NCBI GenBank assembly: GCA_965116495.1
Contig: OZ220696.1
Coordinates: forward strand, 1,075,493 to 1,139,492
From: Gammaproteobacteria bacterium
Lineage (GTDB): Bacteria > Pseudomonadota > Gammaproteobacteria > Eutrophobiales > Eutrophobiaceae
Length of the DNA stretch: 64,000 nucleotides
Direction: 5' to 3'
The notes below the pieces were generated by a model. That model saw only the letters and a program-made list of their open reading frames with translations. It made no database searches and had not been told where the DNA came from. The position numbers and the translations under genes were made by a program. This document shows positions 1 to 8,542 of this stretch, piece by piece (position 1 is the first letter of the stretch; the number at the start of each line of letters is the position of its first letter).

Positions 1-316
1 GTGGTCAACGCCACGTTGTCGACACTCAGCCCCCAGCCGTATTCACGATTTAGCAGCTCAACCAGAGCGTTTAAAAATGCCTTGTTCCCCTGCGGCGGAT
101 CATAATCACCAACGACCCGGGCAAACTCGGCGGGCTTATCCAGCAGGCGCTGCATCCTGGCCCGGAAAAACGCCTGCACTTCGGCAATGTGCGCGGGATT
201 ACCACCGCCCAGCATCAATACCTCCTGCTCACCGGCCATTGCCTCCCCCAGGTCATCCATCAGCAGGATAATGCCGGAATGTTCTGAAAACCGTTGTGCA
301 AATTTTGAAAGTTTCA
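1..316 (-). CDS. Aminotransferase, N-terminal part (valine-pyruvate aminotransferase AvtA-like); continues beyond window start
   Basis: Reverse-strand translation from ATG at 316 reads MKLSKFAQRFSEHSGIILLMDDLGEAMAGEQEVLMLGGGNPAHI..., which resembles the AvtA N-terminus. No stop occurs before position 1. Confidence 0.55.
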
Positions 317-326
317 TAAATGTTAT

Positions 327-474
327 ATCCGCAGATTACGCAGATTAACGCAGATTAAAATCAATTCAATTTAAACCATTCGTACGTTCGAAAGATTAAA
401 TATTCATTCACATGAAAACTTGAATTACAGAATTAATACAAATTTATCTGCGTTAATCTGCGTAATCTGCGGAT
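327..474. repeat. CGCAGAT-iteron inverted-repeat miniature element, copy 1 (arms 327-355 and 446-474)
   Basis: ATCCGCAGATTACGCAGATTAACGCAGAT and its exact reverse complement flank a 90-bp AT-rich spacer between the glxK stop and the avtA-like start. Confidence 0.9.
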
Positions 475-481
475 AATTTTT

Positions 482-1630
482 TCATTTCAGTCCCTGCCCG
501 ATCAGTATGAGCCGGATGACCCGCTCTGCCGCATTGGCGATATATTCTCTTGAGTTCGCCAGCGCCTCGTCCAGGGGCATGTCTCTGGCAATAGCCGCTT
601 CCAGGCCGTTGATCCCGTGCTTGAACACCTCTCCGGCATCGTCCGCCAGTCCTCCGCCGATGGTGATCACGGGGACACCGTATTCACCGGCAAGCCGGGC
701 GATGCCCGCCGGTGTCTTGCCGAATGCCGTCTGGAAATCCACCCTGCCCTCACCGGTAAACACCAGGTCAGCCGAGCGCAGGTGAGTCTCGATGGAGGTT
801 GCCCTGCTGATGATTTCAATACCGCTGTCAAGTTCCGCCCCCGCAAATACATGCAGTCCGGCGCCCAGTCCGCCTGCCGCTCCGGCGCCCGGCATTGCAT
901 CCATGTCAATATCCATTTCCCGCTTAATCACACCCGCCAGATGTTTCAAATTGTCATCCAGCAACTTCACCATGTCCGCATCGGCGCCTTTCTGCGGCGC
1001 GAATACGCAGGCTGCACCGTTTTTCCCGGTCAGGGGGTTGTCAACGTCGCAGGCGACCAGGATCCGGGCTTTATCCAGTTTCGGGTGCCTGTCCTTCAGG
1101 TCCACGGACTCTATTTTATGCAGCATACCACCGGCGCCGTTCCGGTGGATAACGCTACCGTCCCCGGTGCGAAACACCACCCCCAGGGCCTGTGCCATGC
1201 CCACGCCGGCGTCGTTGGTGGCGGAACCACCAATTCCCAGGATAATTTTCTGCGCGCCCTTGTCAAGGGCGTGGCGAATCAACTCGCCTGTCCCGAACGA
1301 GGTCGTCCTTAACGGGTTCATGGTCTCGCCGCTGACTAGCGTTAACCCGGAAGCCGCCGCCATTTCGATGACCGCAGTGCTGTTATCCGCCAGCATCCCA
1401 TAGCCGGCCGTGACGTTTTGACCGGCGGGCCCTGTAACCTTACAACTGAGCAACTCCCCGCCGGCGGCATCAAGCAGCGACTGTACCGTTCCCTCCCCGC
1501 CATCAGCCATGGGTATCTTTATGCAGTCCGCGCCGGGCAGCACCCTTTCGATACCTGCTTCCATGGCCTCGGCAACCTCCATGGAGGTCAGGCTGCCCTT
1601 GAACGAGTCTGGTGCGAGAATTATCTTCAT
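482..1630 (-). CDS. glxK: Glycerate kinase (GlxK/GarK family)
   Basis: 382-aa ORF reading MKIILAPDSFKGSLTSMEVAEAM...GIGGSATNDAG, which is the typical glycerate kinase signature. Confidence 0.85.
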   Translation of the reverse strand: MKIILAPDSFKGSLTSMEVAEAMEAGIERVLPGADCIKIPMADGGEGTVQSLLDAAGGELLSCKVTGPAGQNVTAGYGMLADNSTAVIEMAAASGLTLVSGETMNPLRTTSFGTGELIRHALDKGAQKIILGIGGSATNDAGVGMAQALGVVFRTGDGSVIHRNGAGGMLHKIESVDLKDRHPKLDKARILVACDVDNPLTGKNGAACVFAPQKGADADMVKLLDDNLKHLAGVIKREMDIDMDAMPGAGAAGGLGAGLHVFAGAELDSGIEIISRATSIETHLRSADLVFTGEGRVDFQTAFGKTPAGIARLAGEYGVPVITIGGGLADDAGEVFKHGINGLEAAIARDMPLDEALANSREYIANAAERVIRLILIGQGLK

Positions 1631-1650
1631 ATTGCGATTTATGTATCAGA

Positions 1651-1727
1651 AAAAAGGGGACAGATTTATTTTTTCGGCAATAGCGCTGGTCGGTAAAATA
1701 TTTGAAAAATAAATCTGTCCCCTTTTT
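1651..1727. terminator. Hairpin with a long stem and flanking A/T runs, 3' of the DUF192 gene
   Basis: AAAAAGGGGACAGATTTATTTTT ... AAAAATAAATCTGTCCCCTTTTT forms a stem of about 18 bp with T-runs on both strands. Confidence 0.6.
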
Positions 1728-2183
1728 CTATCTATACACCTGGTAGGTTACGCGGTCACCAACGGTGATATCCCGTTTTTGTACCTGCCCGGCTTTCAGT
1801 TCCAGGACGGCTTTGACCCGGCCGTCCGACGGCATCACTTTAGTGGATTCCGGCTGTGCGTTCTCGACGATCTTGACGATGTATCCATCCGTATCGATAT
1901 AAATTATATCAAGCGGGATAAAGGTATTCTTCATCCAGATATTCAACCGTTGCGGTTTTTCGTTCAATAACAACATTCCCTGGTTTGCCGGCAAGCTTGA
2001 CCGGTACATCAGACCGATGCTTTTCAAACGCGGGTTATCGGCAACCTCAACCCGGTAATACAGGTTGTCATATTTCGTATTTATCGTCAGTGAACCTGAC
2101 TTGAAATGGGTCTGGCCGATACAGCTCGCGCTGATGAACAGCAGGAATAGAAGGCAACAGTCTCGACGACACTCTATTATCAT
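1728..2183 (-). CDS. DUF192 (COG1430) family protein
   Basis: 151 aa with an N-terminal hydrophobic segment and the TFIPLDIIYID motif typical of DUF192. Confidence 0.6.
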   Translation of the reverse strand: MIIECRRDCCLLFLLFISASCIGQTHFKSGSLTINTKYDNLYYRVEVADNPRLKSIGLMYRSSLPANQGMLLLNEKPQRLNIWMKNTFIPLDIIYIDTDGYIVKIVENAQPESTKVMPSDGRVKAVLELKAGQVQKRDITVGDRVTYQVYR

Positions 2184-2188
2184 TGATC

Positions 2189-2303
2189 AATTACGAATTA
2201 CAAATTACAAATTACGAATTAGGAATTACGAATTACGAATTACGAATTACGAATTGGGTTTTTAAGATTTTAATTCCTAATTCGTAATTTGTAATTCCTA
2301 ATT
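2189..2303. repeat. Heptamer tandem array (AATTACG/AATTAGG)n with downstream inverted array, locus 1
   Basis: About 10 direct 7-bp units at 2189-2257, a short loop, then inverted units at 2270-2303. Confidence 0.9.
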
Positions 2304-2765
2304 GATCTTCTTATTGTCTTCTTCACTCTTCGTTGCCCTGTTGTATCCGCTGTCCTGCCTGTTCAGGTTGACCGCGTGTTTCTGGCAATAAATATCGTAC
2401 ACTTTTTCCGGCGTAAGACCCGAGCATATCAGCGCGGAGACAAGAAAATGCAGTATATCGATTAATTCAACCCGGATATTCTGTATGTCGATATCATCCT
2501 TGCTCCACCACTTCCATAATAACTCTTCATCAAGCTCCAGTATCTCCTCGCGCATCGCCCTGGAATAGTTTGATAACCAGGTATTGGGCAGGTCATTGAC
2601 CTTGAGGCCGCCTTCATTGACCTGCGAATAGATGGTATCCATGGTCAGGGGATTCCCTGAAGTATCCTTGAGACCGTTTTTTTTGAAAACGTAATCGTTC
2701 AGTTCGGTCTGCATCCTGAAGATACGTTTGAGCATGTCGATCTCTGCAGATTTTTCAATATCCAT
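2298..2765 (-). CDS. All-alpha NTP pyrophosphohydrolase-like protein (dimeric dUTPase / MazG-like), start at internal ATG
   Basis: MDIEKSAEIDMLKRIFRMQTELNDYVFKK...EEILELDEELLWKWW...ELIDILHFLVSA. The upstream part of the listed 218-aa ORF is probably not translated. Confidence 0.4.
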   Translation of the reverse strand: MDIEKSAEIDMLKRIFRMQTELNDYVFKKNGLKDTSGNPLTMDTIYSQVNEGGLKVNDLPNTWLSNYSRAMREEILELDEELLWKWWSKDDIDIQNIRVELIDILHFLVSALICSGLTPEKVYDIYCQKHAVNLNRQDSGYNRATKSEEDNKKIN

Positions 2766-3190
2766 CGTTCGCGTCCCTATTTTTGACCGCCGGGAGTAAT
2801 TCGCCCCCCCGGGTAACAGGCCGAGGACAGATTTCAAATCTGTCCCCTTCTCTGCCCGAATTAGCGGGAGCCGTTGAATTGATTTGATTATTATTGCCAT
2901 TTTCGCTATTTTCGTACACACTATACAAGTAGTTTGCATATTTTCTCTGGTCAATTCAGTAATTCCGGTTGGTTTTTCCTGTATTACCTTGCTGAATTTG
3001 CAACACGTTAGGCGTCGGGAAACTCTTGTTTATTCAGAATTTCCCGCGAGGCAGGGATACGCCATCATGTGCTTTCGCAATGTGATTGGACATGTGGGAA
3101 AATCGAAAACCCGGGTTTTCGATCTTCATGTTCTGAAAATTCCGGGATGGAATTATTCAGGGATATTTTAATTTTTTCACGAGGTGATAT

Positions 3191-3394
3191 ATGGCAACTG
3201 GTACAGTTAAATGGTTTAATGAAACAAAAGGGTATGGATTTATCACGCCCGATGACGGAACGGCCGATGTATTCGTTCATTTTTCCGCTATACAGGCAGA
3301 TGGATTCAGAACTCTGAGCGAAGGCCAGACTGTTTCATTTGAGAAAAAGGCAGGAGCAAAAGGCGATCAAGCTGTTAACGTTCAAATGACTTAA
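3191..3394 (+). CDS. cspA: Cold-shock protein (CspA family)
   Basis: [35 protein letters not shown] is a canonical CSD sequence. Confidence 0.9.
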   Translation: MATGTVKWFNETKGYGFITPDDGTADVFVHFSAIQADGFRTLSEGQTVSFEKKAGAKGDQAVNVQMT

Positions 3395-3399
3395 CCTGA

Positions 3400-3425
3400 C
3401 TGCCTGTTATCAGGCAGTTTTTATT
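3400..3425 (+). terminator. Rho-independent terminator after csp
   Basis: CTGCCTG-TTAT-CAGGCAG stem followed by a T-run. Confidence 0.75.
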
Positions 3426-3474
3426 ACACTACAACCATCCAGGCTTCTGGATTAGGGATAGAACCTTGAAAAGA

Positions 3475-3732
3475 ATGTTTGTTGGAAGTTTGCCTATGGA
3501 AACGACCGAAGCCGCCCTGACCGAACTATTTTCGGAATACGGAAAAGTCAGGGGCATTCAGCTTGCTACGGATGTTTTTTCCGGCAAATGCAAGGGGTTT
3601 GGTTTTGTCGATATGGAAGGACACGAAGCCAGGGCAGCGATTGAAGGACTGAACGGCAAGATGTACCAGGGCAAGTTCCTGCGCGTCAACTTTCAGGAAC
3701 CACGGGGAAAGAAAGGTAAAAGGCGCCGCTGA
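3475..3732 (+). CDS. RRM-type RNA-binding protein
   Basis: MFVGSLP... and KGFGFVDM match the RNP-2 and RNP-1 motifs. The C-terminus is basic and Gly-rich. Confidence 0.85.
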   Translation: MFVGSLPMETTEAALTELFSEYGKVRGIQLATDVFSGKCKGFGFVDMEGHEARAAIEGLNGKMYQGKFLRVNFQEPRGKKGKRRR

Positions 3733-3766
3733 CCAATATCGGTTGGTCACTCCCTTTACTTGATCC

Positions 3767-4423
3767 ATGAACATTGAGTTGATCAGTTTTGATCTGTGCC
3801 CGTTTGTGCAACGCTCGGTCATTACCTTGCTGGAAAAGGACATCCCCTTCAAGCGCACCAATATAGACCTGGCCAACAAGCCTGGCTGGTTTTTGCAGAT
3901 CTCGCCCCTGGGGAAAGTACCCGTACTGAAAATAGACGGCAACATCCTGTTTGAATCGGCAGTCATCAACGAATACCTGGATGAAGTTACCCCCCCGTCC
4001 ATGCACCCGGAAGACCCACTGCAAAAGGCCGTAAACCGGGCCTGGATTGAATTCGGATCGGAATTATCCAACCTGTCATTCAGGATGGTGATTACGGAGG
4101 ATAAGGACATTGTGGAACAATCCCTGCAGGCCCTGAGGGATAAATTCGAATTTCTGAACAAAAACCTCAACGCCGCCCCTTTCTTTAACGGCGCGGATTT
4201 CTCGCTGATCGACGCGGCCTATGCGCCTGTCTTTATCCGTATAGAATACCTGCTGAAGCAGGCGATCGCTGATGTGATCCCGCCGGGGTGCAGCCGGGTA
4301 CTGGCCTGGAGCAACGCCATCCTGGCGCGGCCGTCAGTCCGCGGCAGCATCATCGACCGCTTCACCGAACTGGCAACGCAAAGATTCAAGAAACGGGGCG
4401 GTATCCTGCTGCAAAACCTGTAA
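3767..4423 (+). CDS. Glutathione S-transferase family protein
   Basis: N-terminal thioredoxin-like CPF motif and GST-C-like remainder; 218 aa. Confidence 0.8.
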   Translation: MNIELISFDLCPFVQRSVITLLEKDIPFKRTNIDLANKPGWFLQISPLGKVPVLKIDGNILFESAVINEYLDEVTPPSMHPEDPLQKAVNRAWIEFGSELSNLSFRMVITEDKDIVEQSLQALRDKFEFLNKNLNAAPFFNGADFSLIDAAYAPVFIRIEYLLKQAIADVIPPGCSRVLAWSNAILARPSVRGSIIDRFTELATQRFKKRGGILLQNL

Positions 4424-4443
4424 ACCTGCAATTGATATTATTT

Positions 4444-4597
4444 ATCCGCAGATGACGCAGATAAACGCAGATTAAAAGACAATTCTTTATATGTGGATGG
4501 TGACCAGGTCGGATTTAATCAATAAAGTCTGAATTTGTCCGGGGCCTGTCAAGTTTTAATATCTTTTATCTGCGTTTATCTGCGTGAATCTGCGGAT
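4444..4597. repeat. CGCAGAT-iteron inverted-repeat element, copy 2 (arms 4444-4472 and 4568-4597)
   Basis: ATCCGCAGATGACGCAGATAAACGCAGAT and its reverse complement, sitting between convergent gst and cfa. Confidence 0.9.
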
Positions 4598-4612
4598 AAA
4601 TCAAGCGGTATT

Positions 4613-5842
4613 TTATGTATAGGCGTGCTTTTGCAGCACCAGGCGATAGCATTGCAGGCGGTTATGCAGGAAGCACTCAGCCGACCCCCACAAGTACAGC
4701 CGGAAGCGCCGGTAATCCGCCTCGCCGAACTTTTTGATGATGAATTCCCGGTTGGCATCGAAGCGTTTGGCCCAGTGGTCAAAAGTCAGGTAATAGCTGT
4801 ACCGATCATCCCATACTCCTTTCAAATCAAACGGCTTTGCGGCCAGGGATTTCAGAAAGTCGTGGAGCACGAAGAAGGAATGGTTGCCGGGATATATGTG
4901 TTGCGTAATAAAGGATGATATCTCATATTTCCGGGGTATGGCGCTGGCGTCGAGAAATACATAACCCCCCGGCTTGAGCAACCGGTCAAAACACTTCAGG
5001 ACCTCGGTATAGTTGGGCAAGTGCTCCATCACGCCCAGTATGGCGATGGCATCGAACTGTTTTTTGGTTTTGTATTCAAGGACGTCCATCAACCTGGTGG
5101 TGATAGGCAACTTCTGCACAGACGTCAGTTGCTGCATGAATTTAAGCGACTGCTCAGCAATGGTCAGGCCGGTCACCTTGATGCCTTTACGCGCCGCGAA
5201 TTCCGCAAACGAACCCCAACCGACTCCGACGTCCAGTACTTCACTGCCGGGGGTCAGCTTGCATCGTTCCAGGATAAAGTCCATTTTCCGGCGTATCGCT
5301 GCCGAGAGCGGTTCGTCAGGCGACTCGAATATGCCCTGGGTGTAACAGCGAAACTCCTCATCCAGGAACGACAGGTAAAATGAATGGTCCCGTTCGTAAT
5401 GGTGGCTGATTGCCGATTTGTTGACCGCGACCTGGCCCAGCAATACCGGCGCTATAAACCGCCAGAGCCACCTGAACAGGTGCCGGTCCTGACAATAATT
5501 GCGCAATTCATACATTTTGATGATATCGCCCTCTACATCGAACCAACCGTCGATATAGGCGTTCGCGATGACTCCTTCATCAAACGATACAATGGCGCGC
5601 AATCCCCTGGGGTCAGTCATCCTGAGCTTGAAACGCGGCGAACCCGTGCCTATCCTGTGTTCACTTCCGTCCGTGAGCACCGCGTCGAAACTGACCGGGC
5701 TTTTCCTGAACCGGTGGGAAATAAATCCCAGTAGCCGGGCTTCCCTGCGCTGCAGCGTTTTAATTTTTTTGCTTTCGACCGGACTCGCAGCTTCCGGAAC
5801 ACCTTGTTGCTCGTCGGCACGATCATTTAGAATAGATGCCAT
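4613..5842 (-). CDS. cfa: Cyclopropane-fatty-acyl-phospholipid synthase family methyltransferase
   Basis: 409 aa with the VLDVGVGWG SAM-binding motif and CFA synthase-like N-terminal region. Confidence 0.85.
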   Translation of the reverse strand: MASILNDRADEQQGVPEAASPVESKKIKTLQRREARLLGFISHRFRKSPVSFDAVLTDGSEHRIGTGSPRFKLRMTDPRGLRAIVSFDEGVIANAYIDGWFDVEGDIIKMYELRNYCQDRHLFRWLWRFIAPVLLGQVAVNKSAISHHYERDHSFYLSFLDEEFRCYTQGIFESPDEPLSAAIRRKMDFILERCKLTPGSEVLDVGVGWGSFAEFAARKGIKVTGLTIAEQSLKFMQQLTSVQKLPITTRLMDVLEYKTKKQFDAIAILGVMEHLPNYTEVLKCFDRLLKPGGYVFLDASAIPRKYEISSFITQHIYPGNHSFFVLHDFLKSLAAKPFDLKGVWDDRYSYYLTFDHWAKRFDANREFIIKKFGEADYRRFRLYLWGSAECFLHNRLQCYRLVLQKHAYT

Positions 5843-5949
5843 GATTCTTCATACCTCTGTTGCCCTCTGGTAAATTATCACTTATCCGGCAAACACGCAA
5901 AGGAATAAGACAACCGGATTAACCGGGATTATTGCGTTATCCTTCCTTC

Positions 5950-6681
5950 ATGAATGACCATCACAACAATATCAAACCGGATGAGGTCGAAAAATTCGAG
6001 CAACTGGCCCATGACTGGTGGAACATTGCCGGCCCGCTGCAAACCCTGCACGACATAAATCCGATCCGGTTGAATTATATCACCGACAATGCAAAGATCG
6101 ACGGCAGGCGCGTACTTGACGTGGGTTGCGGGGGCGGCATTCTGACAGAGGCACTGGCGCGTAGAGGCGCCAGTGTTCTGGGGCTTGACGCCAGCGAAGC
6201 CGTCATCCAGGCCGCCGGGCATCATGCACAGGAAAGCGGCCTGGAGATCGACTATATCACCGGGAGCCTGGAGGAATTCGCTACGGAAACCGCAAGCCGC
6301 TTTGACGTAATAACCTGTATGGAATTACTTGAACACGTGCCGGACCCGCAGGCGTTGTTGCGTTCCTGCGCCCTGTTATCAAGACCTGGCGGTCACTTGT
6401 TCCTGGCGACCATCAACCGCAATGTGAAATCCTACATCAGTGCCGTTCTCGGTGCCGAGCACCTGTTCGGCCTGCTGCCCAAAGGCACCCATGACTATGC
6501 CGGTTTCATCCGTCCTGCCGAACTGGACTGGTGGCTGCGCGAGGCAGGTTTCAAGGTGCTGGACATCAGGGGAATGCTCTACATCCCGGGGATCAGATAT
6601 TGCGCCCTGACAAACGACCCGGGCGTCAATTACCTGCTGCACGCACAACTTGTCGATCAGCGTCCGGGGTCCGACATCTAG
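5950..6681 (+). CDS. ubiG: Bifunctional 3-demethylubiquinone / 2-polyprenyl-6-hydroxyphenol methyltransferase UbiG
   Basis: MNDHHNNIKPDEVEKFEQLAHDWWN...LDVGCGGGIL matches UbiG. The ORF tool start is TTG 5932; ATG 5950 is preferred. Confidence 0.85.
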   Translation: MNDHHNNIKPDEVEKFEQLAHDWWNIAGPLQTLHDINPIRLNYITDNAKIDGRRVLDVGCGGGILTEALARRGASVLGLDASEAVIQAAGHHAQESGLEIDYITGSLEEFATETASRFDVITCMELLEHVPDPQALLRSCALLSRPGGHLFLATINRNVKSYISAVLGAEHLFGLLPKGTHDYAGFIRPAELDWWLREAGFKVLDIRGMLYIPGIRYCALTNDPGVNYLLHAQLVDQRPGSDI

Positions 6682-6723
6682 CAGGCACCTGCCCGACTAT
6701 TTTCCAAACCGGCTGACAATCGA

Positions 6724-7389
6724 ATGAACAGCAATGTCAGATGTATCCTGTTTGATCTCGACGGCACCCTGGTGGACACCGCGCCGGACCTCGCCAATGC
6801 GCTGAACCGGACGCTCGTCAATCACGGCAGGCAACCGTTAACGTTTGATGCAATCCGCCCCAGTGTCTCCCTGGGAGGTGTGGCAATGATAAAGCTGGGG
6901 TTCAACCTGGATGAAAGCGATCCGGATTTCACCCCCTTGCGTAATGAGTTCCTGGCAATATACCGGGACAACCTCTCTCACCACAGCCGCCTGTTCCCGG
7001 GCATGGAGCAGGTGCTGGCCGGACTGGATGAAATGAAGGCCTCCTGGGGTATCGTCACCAACAAACCCGGCTGGCTGACCAACCCGCTTATGGAGGCGCT
7101 GCACCTGGATACGCGTACTGACTGTATCGTCTCCGGCGACACGCTGGAACAGCGCAAACCGCACCCCGCGCAGTTGTTCCATGCCTGTGAACTACTGCAG
7201 CGCGTACCGGCAGAGACCTTGTACGTGGGTGATGCGCGGCGTGACATAGAAGCGGGGGTAAACGCCGGCATGACGACCCTGGTTGCCGCTTACGGGTACA
7301 TCGACACGAATGAAAATCCGGAAAACTGGGGCGCTGACGGGATGATAGACAGCCCGGAAGAAATCATGGCCTGGGTGAGTCCAGACTGA
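6724..7389 (+). CDS. HAD-family phosphatase (phosphoglycolate phosphatase Gph / MupP-like)
   Basis: ILFDLDGTLVDT HAD motif I; 221 aa; immediately downstream of ubiG, as in many gammaproteobacteria. Confidence 0.8.
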   Translation: MNSNVRCILFDLDGTLVDTAPDLANALNRTLVNHGRQPLTFDAIRPSVSLGGVAMIKLGFNLDESDPDFTPLRNEFLAIYRDNLSHHSRLFPGMEQVLAGLDEMKASWGIVTNKPGWLTNPLMEALHLDTRTDCIVSGDTLEQRKPHPAQLFHACELLQRVPAETLYVGDARRDIEAGVNAGMTTLVAAYGYIDTNENPENWGADGMIDSPEEIMAWVSPD

Positions 7390-7395
7390 CGGCAC

Positions 7396-8235
7396 ATGAA
7401 TCCGGAACAGTATTGCCGCAATAAAGCCGCCCCCGCCGGTTCAAACCTGTATTACGCTGCCTTGTATCATGATCCGCAAAGCAAGCGGATACTGCATGCC
7501 CTGTTTGCTTTTCACCAGGAACTCAGCGAGGTGGTCTATTCGTCATCAGACCCCGGCGCGGCGCGGGTCACCTTGTACTGGTGGTTTGAAGAGATAGGCA
7601 GACTGTTTTCCGGCGAGCCAAGGCACCCCGTTACCCAGGAGTTGTCTCAACCTGATAGCGCTGATTACCTGTCTCAAAAGGAAATGATGGGCTGTGTTGC
7701 GACTATGGCGCAGTTTCTTGATGCGCCTGAGAGCGGTCCTTACCAGGCCTGGCTGGCGCGCCACCACGCCGCCTCCGGTTATATCTGGAAAGCGGCAGGA
7801 CTGGCCTGTGGTTGCACAGACCCGGACAAGCTGGCCGTCCTGTCCAAGGCGGGTTGCTGTTACGGCGCATTTGAACTGCTGCACCACGTCAGACACTTCG
7901 CCAAACTCGGCCTTAATATACTCCCGACAGAACTATTGAGCAGTCGTAACATCAGCCTGGAAACACTCATCCGGCCGGAGTCCGGTGATAGCGGAACTGA
8001 GTTCTTCACAAAACTGTTTGAACTGGTGCAGAACGAGATAAAAACCTGCCTGACCAACCTGCAGGGAGAAGAAGCACACAAGCTCTTATTCTCCCATACC
8101 ATGCTGAAAATACTGGAGGCCCTGTGCAGGGAATACCAGTCCGCCCGCTCGCCTGTCACCCACACCCGCATTTCCTTAACCCCTGTCAGGAAACTCTGGA
8201 CAGCGTGGAGGACGGCCCGTAGATTACGCAGGTGA
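7396..8235 (+). CDS. Squalene/phytoene synthase family protein (both Asp-rich motifs degenerate)
   Basis: YYAALYHDPQSKRILHALFAFHQELSEVV...ARVTLYWWFEEI aligns with the isoprenoid synthase fold, but the DxxxD positions read HQELSE and ELLHHVRHF. Confidence 0.5.
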   Translation: MNPEQYCRNKAAPAGSNLYYAALYHDPQSKRILHALFAFHQELSEVVYSSSDPGAARVTLYWWFEEIGRLFSGEPRHPVTQELSQPDSADYLSQKEMMGCVATMAQFLDAPESGPYQAWLARHHAASGYIWKAAGLACGCTDPDKLAVLSKAGCCYGAFELLHHVRHFAKLGLNILPTELLSSRNISLETLIRPESGDSGTEFFTKLFELVQNEIKTCLTNLQGEEAHKLLFSHTMLKILEALCREYQSARSPVTHTRISLTPVRKLWTAWRTARRLRR

Positions 8236-8344
8236 ATGGCAGTTCCAGCCGCTTCCTTTACCAGTTTTTAGTAAGCATCAGCAAACCCGGGATCCAGCCG
8301 GTACAGATACCGGTGGCAACCATTGCATAAGTGAGGGTCTATCC

Positions 8345-8542
8345 ATGTGTCTGAAAATCACTACAGTCGGGAATTCAACCGGTGTCGTTTTGCCCAAAGA
8401 CCTGTTGGCGAGACTACGCGTCGGCATTAGCCGCTTGGACCAGGTTACATTTAAATCAACGGCATTTGGATTCAGTCCACGAACCGGGTGTGCCCCGGCA
8501 ACGCCGTCCGGCTTAATGCTGCCAGCGCAGCCTGACCCGTAA
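8345..8542 (+). CDS. Possible AbrB/MazE-family antitoxin-like small ORF (orphan, possibly decayed)
   Basis: The N-terminus ITTVGNSTGVVLPKDLLARLRV resembles the swapped-hairpin antitoxin motif, but the C-terminal half is not convincing and overlaps the 3' end of the ygfX-like gene. Confidence 0.25.
   Translation: MCLKITTVGNSTGVVLPKDLLARLRVGISRLDQVTFKSTAFGFSPRTGCAPATPSGLMLPAQPDP

Noticed and set aside
77-271. 64-aa plus-strand ORF at the window start
   Set aside because: It overlaps the better-supported minus-strand aminotransferase N-terminus, and its composition is Pro/Ala/Arg-rich.
2189-2303. Possibility that the heptamer arrays and the CGCAGAT elements are CRISPR arrays
   Set aside because: The units are 7 bp tandem with no spacers, or 29-bp inverted rather than direct repeats. 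There is no cas gene nearby. Neither fits CRISPR architecture.
3466-3474. TTG start for the RRM protein giving an MKRMFVG N-terminus
   Set aside because: The ATG at 3475 gives the canonical MFVGSLP RNP-2 start with better spacing from a purine-rich stretch. Either start is possible.
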